Source of the DNA: Sphaeroforma arctica JP610
Lineage: Eukaryota
Direction: 5' to 3'
Assembly: GCF_001186125.1 (NCBI RefSeq)
Contig: NW_014039890.1
Coordinates: 16,936 to 51,647 of the forward strand
Length of the DNA stretch: 34,712 nucleotides
Shown one piece after another: positions 1 to 9,986 of this stretch. The notes under the pieces were generated by a model, which did no database searches, was not told the origin of the DNA, and was given only the letters and a program-made list of their open reading frames with translations. Position 1 is the stretch's first letter; the number at the start of each line of letters is the position of its first letter. The translations under genes were made by a program, and so were the position numbers.

Positions 1-763
1 ATATATCTATAGTATGATATATATATATATATATATACTATAGTTGTATGCGTACTTATACATGTACATATGTGCGTGTGTTTAGGTAAATAATCAAACA
101 GATGTGTGTACACCTATGTGATGATGTAGATGAGTAGGATAAGTGTACATGTACAAGAATAAGATATGAGCACCGGTCCCAGGAAGATCACCGTGCCTAT
201 TACGTTAAGGGGGTTGCACGTTCAAGCTGTATGTTGCCGAACCGCATACTGTATCCGTGGGTGATACAAGAGTGTATCAATTCTCGCCGAGTTTTCCACG
301 GTACATATTAATGGTTGTGAAGCGACACATCGGTGTCGTGCTGTATTCTGGTACAGCGCCGCACTAAGGTTCGATGCAACATTGTGAAATGATATGCTGC
401 GCTGTAATGCCACATATCTATTACTGTGAAACACTGACTCCACGTCGAGTCTCGTGGTGGAGAAAAATCGCTTGGATTCATAGTATTTCACGAGGAGGCG
501 GGTGTAGACTCCTTGTTGTTTACGTATACGATCAACCCGTATTCGTCGTTTGAGTTCCCACGGTGTAAAGTTGCTATAGGTATTTTGGTTCTTGCGACCG
601 CTAGTGAGACAAGCTGCGGGAGAGCGCATTTGACTAGCGAGCAATCAATGGACATAAATATGCACACGCGGTGTGAACTCTCGTCGCCCGAAAGATATCG
701 GTTAAACTACAGATGAGTTACATAGGTGTAAGGTAGCATTATTACCCGGCGTATGTTTTTGTG

Positions 764-1738
764 NNNNNNNNNNNNNNNNNNNNNNNNNNNNNNNNNNNNN
801 NNNNNNNNNNNNNNNNNNNNNNNNNNNNNNNNNNNNNNNNNNNNNNNNNNNNNNNNNNNNNNNNNNNNNNNNNNNNNNNNNNNNNNNNNNNNNNNNNNNN
901 NNNNNNNNNNNNNNNNNNNNNNNNNNNNNNNNNNNNNNNNNNNNNNNNNNNNNNNNNNNNNNNNNNNNNNNNNNNNNNNNNNNNNNNNNNNNNNNNNNNN
1001 NNNNNNNNNNNNNNNNNNNNNNNNNNNNNNNNNNNNNNNNNNNNNNNNNNNNNNNNNNNNNNNNNNNNNNNNNNNNNNNNNNNNNNNNNNNNNNNNNNNN
1101 NNNNNNNNNNNNNNNNNNNNNNNNNNNNNNNNNNNNNNNNNNNNNNNNNNNNNNNNNNNNNNNNNNNNNNNNNNNNNNNNNNNNNNNNNNNNNNNNNNNN
1201 NNNNNNNNNNNNNNNNNNNNNNNNNNNNNNNNNNNNNNNNNNNNNNNNNNNNNNNNNNNNNNNNNNNNNNNNNNNNNNNNNNNNNNNNNNNNNNNNNNNN
1301 NNNNNNNNNNNNNNNNNNNNNNNNNNNNNNNNNNNNNNNNNNNNNNNNNNNNNNNNNNNNNNNNNNNNNNNNNNNNNNNNNNNNNNNNNNNNNNNNNNNN
1401 NNNNNNNNNNNNNNNNNNNNNNNNNNNNNNNNNNNNNNNNNNNNNNNNNNNNNNNNNNNNNNNNNNNNNNNNNNNNNNNNNNNNNNNNNNNNNNNNNNNN
1501 NNNNNNNNNNNNNNNNNNNNNNNNNNNNNNNNNNNNNNNNNNNNNNNNNNNNNNNNNNNNNNNNNNNNNNNNNNNNNNNNNNNNNNNNNNNNNNNNNNNN
1601 NNNNNNNNNNNNNNNNNNNNNNNNNNNNNNNNNNNNNNNNNNNNNNNNNNNNNNNNNNNNNNNNNNNNNNNNNNNNNNNNNNNNNNNNNNNNNNNNNNNN
1701 NNNNNNNNNNNNNNNNNNNNNNNNNNNNNNNNNNNNNN
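764..1738. other. Assembly gap (975 N)
   Basis: Run of N. ORFs crossing it are artefacts. Confidence 0.99.
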
Positions 1739-2152
1739 AAACCAGCTACTCTAGCTCCCAAGTATAAACCAGCCACTCGAGCTCTGGAGTATAAAACAGC
1801 GATATCTACTAGACAATTCCTTGGGCTCTGTTTGGAATCATCGGGTTAACTGTTTTGCACGGTTTCTGCTATTGGCAGTTTTTCTCCGACACAGGTATAG
1901 TTCTATACTGTACTTGCCAGAACGCATATATGGTGTCACTACTGAACAGTTGTCTCAAGTATTCAAACCGACGGGTTACTCGAGACGTACACCTCGGGTC
2001 CTCTAGCTCTCAGAGGTAAAATGCCAGCACACTGCTCTAGCTCTCGGGGATAATGCCAGCGGATCCCGCTTGTTCGTGGAGGTAAAATTAGCGTCCCAGA
2101 TAGTTAGTACATCTTCATTCCTGAAGCTCGCACACGTTCCGTGCTTCAGCGT

Positions 2153-2167
2153 GGGGGGGGGGGGGGG
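2153..2167 (+). promoter_or_regulatory. Polypurine tract (G15) of E0
   Basis: G homopolymer ending 1 nt before the TG of the LTR, the same arrangement as in E3. Confidence 0.85.
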
Positions 2168-2168
2168 T

Positions 2169-2402
2169 TGTGGTCAGATATGCGATTTAGGGTTATCAGG
2201 GTTTTTGTAGTTAGATATCCGATTTTGGGTTATTAAGGTTTATTTGCGGATCGGTCATAAACCCAGTTTAGGGTTCTGATCCGAATACGCACTTGCGCTA
2301 ATTGACCAGATGCTAATCGAGTAATGTTCAATAAATAGCCAACGACTCACCTCTGATGAGGGGAGTACGTTGGGATATAGTTATTGACGCGTATTTACCA
2401 CA
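2169..2402 (+). repeat. 3' LTR of E0 (234 bp)
   Basis: TGTGGT...ACCACA inverted termini. AATAAA is followed by a hairpin and ggagtacgttg, homologous to the E3 LTRs. Confidence 0.85.
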
Positions 2403-2606
2403 ATCATCTGCACTGTGCAGTCCAATCTCGTTTTGGCTCAATGTAAGTTGGGTGCGTCTGTTCATTTCATCGGCACTCGGGTTGTCTCCCATTGCTACTT
2501 CCATTGTGGCGATCGAAATTAGCCTCGCTGTATCTAACGGAGTCGATATTTGCTTGGAGCGAGGCTCTGCATACCCTAGGCTGTGCGAGAACGAGGTGAG
2601 TAGCTG
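2403..2606 (-). pseudogene. E1 linker and probable start of the integrase zinc finger
   Basis: 68 open codons follow the TAA at 2607-2609 in the MT frame and end RRTQLTLSQNEIGLHSADD. This resembles the RxxLIxxxHxxGH of the HHCC start, with the first His as Asn. It is cut by the E0 LTR. Confidence 0.45.
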
Positions 2607-3020
2607 TTAGCCAGACTTTGGGCCCGCTCGTACTATAACCGTGTGGGCCCATGGTGTCTTTCCACAGGCGATCTTGCCATCCTTCAAGAAAGTATGCGCG
2701 GTTCTCGGAACTAAGATTGGGTCCTGTTGGAGTAGCGATACAAACAATTGTAACCACTCTGCTTGTGGTGCCCATGGTAAGCACACCGTGGCTGACGCTC
2801 CCTCGGACTTGATCTTCCTCAACATCCGATATATCAAATACCATGTAGGATTCATCCATACGTCGATATGCTTCCAGTTGTGCTCAAAAGCACTCCCTTT
2901 CTTATTCTCGGAGAGAAGTATCGTGACAGTTAGTGGTCCTTTTCTGAGGCGAATACATCGACGTTGTTCTTGCCCAAGAGCTGCTGCGCCTGTTTGAAGT
3001 AGTCTGGGAATAGTTTCCAG
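2607..3020 (-). pseudogene. E1 DIRS-type N6-adenine DNA methyltransferase-like (MT) domain
   Basis: Begins in frame after RNase H: WKLFPDYF..VDVFAS(2945-2959)EKDH*LSRYFS, then a frameshift to GSAFEHNWKHIDVWMNPTW(2841-2852)YLIYRMLRKIK..VCLPWAPQAEWLQLF. This fits the DIRS MT pattern DLFAS..N..LPRF.S..DAF...W....NPP/FPP..LI..VL.K....L..P.W....W. Confidence 0.78.
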
Positions 3021-4360
3021 CATTCGGCGTAAAACACCTCCATATCCTCTTCGTCGACTGTCCCCTCATGAAGTCGAAACCACGCGTCAGGCAACACATT
3101 CTTTTCGCCGGGTATGTGCGATATGGTAAAGTTGAACGGCGCTACGATATGATGCCATCTCTGTAACATCGGGTTGAGCTTCAACTGTGTACTCATGTAG
3201 ATTAATGCTTTGTGGTCCGCCAGTACGGAGAAACCGCTGCAGTGTGTAAGTCCGTACACTAATGCAAGTAGCTCCTTCATCGGTGTGGCGTAGTTGCGTT
3301 GGGCTGCATTCAATGCCTTGCTGAAAAACATGAGATAGTGCTTCCGCCCCTCCACGGTTTGGAATAGGGAACCTCCGATACCGTAGTTACTAGCGTCTGT
3401 CTCGAGTTGTACTGGTATGCCGTCCACTGGGAAGCGAAGAACTACCGAGTTTACTATCGCGTGCTTCATGGCGTCCCATGCCTCTTGGTGGCGGGGCTCC
3501 CATTTGTTCCCGATGTCCTCATTCGACTTGAGTTTCACAAACTCCCGTAAAGGCGCTACAATCCTGGCGAAGTTGGGGGTATGTTCTCGCAGGAAGTTTG
3601 CCAGGCCTAGTGCCGAGGCAATGTCTTTGTAACGCTTGGGTGTTGGCCAATCGATCAACTTTGCTTGTTTCTCGTGGCAGATGTCGATGCCTGCCTTGGA
3701 GACCTTCTTACCGAGCACCATGACTTCTCTCACTGCGAAGTGACACCTGGTTGGATTCAGCTTGAAGTTGTGGTACGTTAGTCGGCGGATGACTTCTTTC
3801 ACCACTTTCGTGTGCTCTGCTAAGTTATCCGTTGCTATAACTATGTCGTCCATGTAGTGGTAAGCGGGTAGGGCTTTCAGCACGACACTCAGGATTCGTT
3901 GAAACTGATGCGTCAACATGTGCAGACCAAAGGGTGCTGACGTGATGGAATACTGACTCTTACCGTGGGTAAAGCTGAACAAATACTGCAAGTCTGGCTG
4001 TAATTAGCAGCCTATAGTATACTGCCGTTAAGTCCAAGGTCGTGTAGTATCTCTTGCCTTCAATGTTTCCGTAATGTCGTTAATCCTCGGAATTATGAAT
4101 TGGTCTGCCGGAATCAGTGCGTTCACCGCTCTCAAATCCAGGCATACCCGGACCTTCTTCAATTCTTCCGACTAGATGTACTCTGGTACTGCTAGTAGGG
4201 GGAGGTTGACTGGTGTCGGAGTATCCCGCATAGTGATCACAAGATCTTCCTGCCATTTCTCGACTTGCTTGTCGATCCATGGGATCCACTTGTCCGCGAC
4301 GAAGTTACGTACTTCCCTTCTCATGCTCATCGCCGTCTCTTGCGTGATGGGTATCCGCAC
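3021..4360 (-). pseudogene. E1 reverse transcriptase-RNase H (frameshifted)
   Basis: APFGL, HYMDDIV, LGLANF, ETDASNYGIGG, NYATPMKELLA, DHKAL, HIPGEKNVLPD. Confidence 0.93.
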
Positions 4361-4368
4361 TTCTCTTC

Positions 4369-4941
4369 TTACAAGACGACATTATCTTTGTCCGAAATCA
4401 CCTTGTTACCCTCCAGTTCCGCTTTCAATTCTTGGCGAATCCCGTCCGCCTCTGTCAAATCTGGGCCATTCCGGAGTGGGAGAGGTTCCAAGAGTTTGTC
4501 TAGTTCGTCAATTGGTGCAAAGGGAGACTGAAGACCTCCTTTATACAAACCCAAACTCGGCATCAGGTCTTGGCCTATGATAACGGTTATTGATGGGGGT
4601 AGGTTCATCAGCTCGAATGATTGTGTCGACATCTCTAGCCCATATCGAACTGGTGTGGCGAGTGTAGCTCCCAACCGTTTCGTGCGTAACGATCTGTCTG
4701 CTAAATATATGTAGGCTCCTTCTGGTGCTGGTGTTGTTGGTAAATTCCATTCTTTTGCGGATGCCGTGTCAATGCAACTCCTGTTTGCTCCTGAGTCAAC
4801 GAGTGCTCTGCATGTCTTTCCATTTACTTGTATGTTGATAAACACCCTGTTGTCTTTCGATATCAGTGGGTCTTTCATAGATAAGATTGCCGATGCACCC
4901 TGCGGGAGAAGAAGGGTTACATCAGAGTCAGACACCCTCAC
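4369..4941 (-). pseudogene. E1 aspartic protease region
   Basis: ALVDSGANRSCI ... VIIGQD retropepsin motifs. Confidence 0.9.
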
Positions 4942-4944
4942 GTC

Positions 4945-7371
4945 CTAATGAGAGACGTCGGAGAGGTCATCCCAATCCTCAGTGTGTTGATCCCCACCCC
5001 ATTCTTCTTGTTCGTCTTCGTCTGGGTGTTGCAGAAGTAAGGCAATGTGCATCTCGGTGGGGTTGAACGCCTCCTCCTCTTCTTCCTGCGCTGGAACGTC
5101 GACCGCGTTTACCTGGAGGGTGGGTTGAGATTGCCGCTGTTGAAATGTCGGCTTACCCACTCGCTGGTTAGAACAGTGATTCCTGCACGATGGGATGTGT
5201 CGAAAGCTGGGTGGCGCATTCGTGCGGCATGCATTACAACCCGTTGTAGGTGGACGTCCAGCGTTTCCTGCTGCTGGAGGTTGGTTCTGTGCCTGCGGGT
5301 TTGCGACGCCTCTATTCTGAGGCTGTCTCCTTGCCTGTCTGGTGAAGCCGCGTAGCCTGTCTGCGGTTGCGTCGGTCATACCTCTTTGCCAGTTTTTCTT
5401 AGATACCGGATCCGTCTGCTCATTGCGAATAGTGAAATCTGCTTCCTGTATGTTCGGGTTCAGAATTCGTAAGAGCTCTTCCGTGTCCATACTATCCCAT
5501 CCTGGGTGGTGCTGGAGGGTCCGTTCATACGTTAAATGACCTGTCAAGTCTTCCAGTCCTTGCACGAGGCAATGGTTCAGAAGTCGTTGCGGAAAATCTC
5601 CTTTCTTTTCGGCTCTGTCCCAACCTTTTTCGTGGATGTCAACCACCTTGCTCAGATATTCCCGTGCTGATTCGTTACCTCTCACTCGGGGGTTACCTCG
5701 AGCAAGTCGTTTGAACGGTGGATCTATCGTGGCTCTGCTTTCGTGATCGCAGATGCTGTCGATCACCTGCGCCGCCGTCAGTCTCGTGAGGTTTTCGTTT
5801 TTATATTTGATTGAGTCCAATGTAGGTTTGACCGCCTTAAAGTGAACCAATACCTTGTAAAACCAACGTATCACCCATGTTTCATCGAGGCCAGAGACTT
5901 GTGCGTTCTTCACTGCTTCCTCTAGTGCCCCTCTTGTGTCACGTTCCGCCACGTTGTGGAGTCGATACCTTCCTTGTGGCCAGTCTGGCCATTAGCGAGG
6001 CTCATGCTGACGCTTTAAGGCCTCTTGTTGGGTCTGAACTGCTCCTTGCAAAGCATTTATATGATGGTCTGCAGAGAAATGCATCGTTGCTCATCGTGTT
6101 GCTCCTGTGCTTCACATAGCGACACTGCAGATTCTGCTATCTTTGCTTCTAGGAGGCTGCAATAATCTAGTTGCTGCTGTTTCGTCTGCTTAGGCGGTAC
6201 TACGGGTGTCGGTGCACCCCGGGGAGGGGTCGTGTGGAGAGGTGCGTGGTGTGGCGTAGAGGTGCGAGAGGTGGAGTTGTTCGCGATACTCTGTTGACTG
6301 CGAGTGTCGAAGACGGCTGCTTGTGTCGGCTGTGGTGCCCTGTCCCTCTGCCGCAATAACTGTTGTCGAAGTCGGCATGCTTATTGGGCTTGAGCGACTG
6401 TACCGTGGGGGTTTTCCCAAAACTGTCCCTCTTGCATCTCTCTCTGTGTTTCTAGTCGTCTATCTCTGTGTGACCCAACACGTCTATTCTTGTTGCTACG
6501 TGATCCATGGGATTGGGCGGAATAAGAGGCTAGGTTGAACTCACTGTCGTAGTCGTCTTCGTGATTCCCTTCGTTGTCCCGTGGGTATTGATCCTGGATC
6601 GCCCTGCGTCTCGACTGGTGGACATCCTCATACGGTCGAGTCTGGCGTTTCCACGTGTTGTCCCTGTCGTCGCTGTATCGGTGGGGTGATTGGGATATAT
6701 CGCTGCTCCTTGTGAAGTGTTCATCACTTCGTCGTCCACTCCGGCTCTCATAACCTGAACGTTCGCTGCGTCGGTCGTCCCTCACGTTGGTGTCATGAGT
6801 TTTTTGCTGCCTTTTGTGCATCCGTTTCTTACGACGTTCTTTGTCGATGTCTGAGAGGGAGCGTAACGTTGCTTTCCCTTCCTGTCGAGTGCGTCGGGGG
6901 ATGCTCCTGCCTCTTCACCCTCCTTGAGCCCGGCGTGGTTTCTTGCTGGGAATATCACGCGGGGGGGGAGGGCATTAGATATGCGCTGGAGGCGTGAGTA
7001 GTTGTTGTTGTTGGCGAATCTGTCGTGGTCGCCGCTGGTGGATCGGTGCCTGACGGTGTGGTCGTTGGAGCTGTAGGCCTTGCGTGCCTACGGTCTCCGT
7101 CCCTTTTTTTGGGGGTCAAAGGGAGTCGCGGGACTGTCTCGCTCACACCCGCTGGTGCCCCAGTAGGGATTGGTGGGGAGTCTTCTGGCGCTTGTGGCAA
7201 ACCGATGCCAAAAGCAATCGCTGCTTGCTGTTGGAACAAGTAGTCTGGCATCGGCGGCGCGGTGCTACTGGTCGGTTGAGTGTCGGGTGCGGTGCTGCTG
7301 GCTGACTCAGCGATGGAACCGCTGGGTATCGAGGTAGCCGTTGCGTACGGTGCAGAGTGGTTGGCGGTCAT
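4945..7371 (-). pseudogene. E1 gag-like region, broken into several ORFs
   Basis: ORF 4945-5952 aligns with E3 gag (ERDTRGALEEAVKNAQVSGLD vs ERDTKGALVEALKNAQISGLD) and has a C-terminal Cys/His knuckle. Upstream ORFs are low-complexity, so the 5' limit is uncertain. Confidence 0.75.
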
Positions 7372-7778
7372 CGTGCTAGTGTCGAAATATCGAGTGTAGT
7401 CTTCTCGTTGATACGCTAGCTGCTTAAGTAGTCCGCCCCTGATGTGCAGGACGTGTGCGTGCTCGACGTTCGCTCTAGTGCCTCTCCATTGTGTTGGTTC
7501 AGGTCGAGGACGGAGTCATTAACGCTTGTATATACCTTTCGCCCATTTGCATGCCGTTAGGCTGCCTTGCCGTTAAACGTGGTGGGCGTTAACGTATTGC
7601 CTTGGCGCCGCGTCTGCGTTCTCGCCCGATTTCCGTTAACGTTTATCGTACCACGTAATTGCGGCGGAACTGTTAACGTTGAACGTTATCGTTCTGTCCG
7701 AGTTTGCTGGGCTTCAGAAAAAGACTAGGCTCGCTGCTCCAAACCTGTGTTCCTACTCCACAATTTTCCAACTCCGCG

Positions 7779-7831
7779 GTTGCTCCTCCGAGTTATTGTT
7801 GCTCCTCCGAGTTATTGTTGCTCCTCCGAGT
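7779..7831. repeat. 19-bp tandem repeat, ~3 copies (gttgctcctccgagttatt)
   Basis: gctcctccgagt occurs at 7782, 7801 and 7820. Confidence 0.9.
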
Positions 7832-8450
7832 ATATTCTGCCCCTGATTTACTCTGCCTCTTGGAGTCCAGGAGTTCTCGTCCAGGTGGAAAATTTTGCTC
7901 TTGTCGGGGTCCCTGGAGTAATGGGTCTCAGGCCCCAAAATTCAAAAAGAAAAGAAAAAAGGGACTAGTTTTAGAATTTAGGCCCAATTTTGTGTGGCTA
8001 TGGGTGAGGGTGGATGGACCAGAATGCTCCAGATACCTGGCGCTAATCGCCATGACCTAGGGTGCCTCCTAATTATTCACATTTCTTACCTGAACTTACC
8101 TTGTATTTGTTGCAATGTTCGCTATATGTTCTTCATTGACTCTGTTCCAGTGTGTCTGTACAAATGCACTTAGAAACAAGAAGAACGTGTTCAAGTGTCG
8201 TATCGTCATGCGTAATTATATAGAAATCTAATATTCATATCATTATTAAACAATGAAGTAAAGGAATGCCTGAACGAGGCTGTGGTTCGCCAAATTGAAT
8301 CGTGTTGCTCCTACCTCGTGCGAGTGTCTGTGGTTAAGAGTTTAATAACTCCGAATCCCCCCGCTCGTTCGTACGGCACTTACCTGTCTTACCTGTACGT
8401 CGATACATTCTTATATCTCATGGTTGTAACTCGTCTTATTATATCAACTG

Positions 8451-8520
8451 ATTTCTATTACTTGTTACATCGTTACACTACCCATTATTTCTATTACTTG
8501 TTACATCGTTACACTACCCA
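8451..8520. repeat. Tandem duplication, 36-bp period
   Basis: atttctattacttgttacatcgttacactaccca occurs at 8451 and 8487. Confidence 0.92.
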
Positions 8521-9789
8521 CCTTTGAAATCTCGCTGGCCTGTAGTTCGCAATGTATAGCCTTCGTCTGATCCGACTCGTCTTCATCCATGTCGTGCTCT
8601 GTGTGGCTATATGTGTGTCTCAACTACTAGTTGGTGCCCATCGTGTGAGAGTTATGGACACTGTGTTGTCGCCACGTCTTTGTGCATCACGCTATGACGT
8701 ATACGCCAACCCATCTTCTAAATACGTGCACTGGTTCTCCATGTATTTATATACCTTATAGTTATATACGTAGCCTTTTATAGACATATCTTTCTATTCT
8801 GTAGATGTATCTATTATGTCTATCCTTCTCATCACCCTCAGGGTCGGTACGTCCTTGTGTAGCTAAGGCCCGTTTCTGATGACCATGTTATATGAATTGT
8901 CATGGCGGGTATAATAACGCCTAGACGTGTGCGACCTATTCGTGTGCAAATCCTGTACTCATGACCATGTTTATCTATACTTGTATGGAAACTGGTATGA
9001 CAACAAGTGGTTTTACACATATACACAATATAACTTGCCCAATCTAACATAGATTGTGTATCACAAGCTCGCGGACGAGTGTCATAGCCTTAAACCCTAT
9101 CACCCGTCACATGTCTATATTCTTGTCACAATTTGTGCCATGTTATTTAGAAATTTATAACTAATTCATTCCAGCCTGTTTATCGATACCATAACATGTG
9201 CCTATGTGTGTGCTCTTGTCATGACTTGCACTATATTACATATAGTGTATACAAATTCTTGGACTAGTCTGTTACGCATGTCCGTCTCAAATGCACTTGT
9301 GAACACACACCACCTGTTACTTCTCTTCACTAGGAACTATCTTATTCTGTATTTACACTTGGTTTAACCTTCTCATATCACAACCTGAACCCCCATTTGT
9401 GTTCTATTTGTTATTCCTAAGTAATACTTTGTACTCAGTATACACAACCAACATTGTCTAAATCATTTGTTCCAAATTTGATACTTAACTTATGTGTTGG
9501 TCTGGCACTCACCCTATTTTGTCTGTGCAGACGCTGGGTAATACTTGTGTTGTTGAAATGCCAAAAATGGGTATCTTGAACTAATGCTCCCCACTATTCC
9601 AGAAATTAATTGTTTGTTATCTTATTTCCTTTCTTTCAGATGATCTATTTAGACGCTCTAATTGGACTTGGTAATTTGGTTGAACGACCTAACGCTCTCT
9701 ATTCTCGTATATTAATAATACTTGCCTATAAAAATATAGAAAATAAAATTAATGAAAATAAAAATACCTAAAATTCTATCCGTAAAAAT

Positions 9790-9986
9790 TGTAGTAAACA
9801 CGTCAAATACGGTCATAAACCCTACTGAGGCTCAGTGAGCCTCGGTCAGGTATATTTATTAAGTAATTTGACTGTTTACGTGAGTTCCGTAGAGTCTCAC
9901 CATGTGCGACTCTATGGAACTAAAACCTGCTAAGCAGGTTTATCCTAAACCTAACCAGGTTTATCCTATTAAGGAGTTTTACTACA
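9790..9986 (-). repeat. 5' LTR of E1 (197 bp)
   Basis: Perfect 9-bp inverted termini TGTAGTAAA...TTTACTACA. On the minus strand, AATAAA is followed by the gaggctcactgagcctc hairpin, and a T-run follows the LTR as in E3. It abruptly interrupts the E2 RNase H. Confidence 0.82.

Larger units (their letters stand above)
1739..2402 (+). mobile_element. E0: 3' end (3'UTR, PPT, 3' LTR) of a Ty3/gypsy LTR retrotransposon related to E3
   Basis: 2051-2150 closely matches the E3 3'UTR (27103-27206: taatgccagcggatccc...ctgaagc..cacacgt.ccgtgcttcagc). A G-run then leads into tgtggtcagata, the same LTR start as in E3. Confidence 0.9.
2403..9986 (-). mobile_element. E1: degenerate Ty3/gypsy LTR retrotransposon (5' LTR-leader-gag-PR-RT-RH-MT-IN start), truncated by the E0 insertion
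   Basis: LTR at 9790-9986. Gag and pol are homologous to E3. Motifs include protease LVDSGA, RT YMDD and RNase H TDAS/KELLA/DH. Confidence 0.88.

Noticed and set aside
222..716. 140-aa and 67-aa ORFs left of the gap
   Set aside because: No recognisable motif, and they are not the expected continuation of E1 or E2.
742..1849. Long ORFs of 333-362 aa
   Set aside because: They consist almost entirely of N-gap codons.
2350..2400. CTGATGAG as a hammerhead ribozyme core
   Set aside because: No downstream GAAA or three-stem junction. It is the tip of an LTR hairpin and is not conserved in the E3 LTRs.
4942..4947. Programmed gag-pol TAG readthrough (also 24405-24407 in E3)
   Set aside because: The stops are at non-homologous positions and the E3 TAG aligns with a CAG (Gln) in E1. 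They are best read as mutations in a single gag-pol ORF.
2403..9986. E1 as a DIRS/tyrosine-recombinase element because of the MT domain
   Set aside because: It has an aspartic protease and a TG..CA LTR. Its relative E3 has direct LTRs, a TSD and integrase remnants. No tyrosine recombinase was seen.
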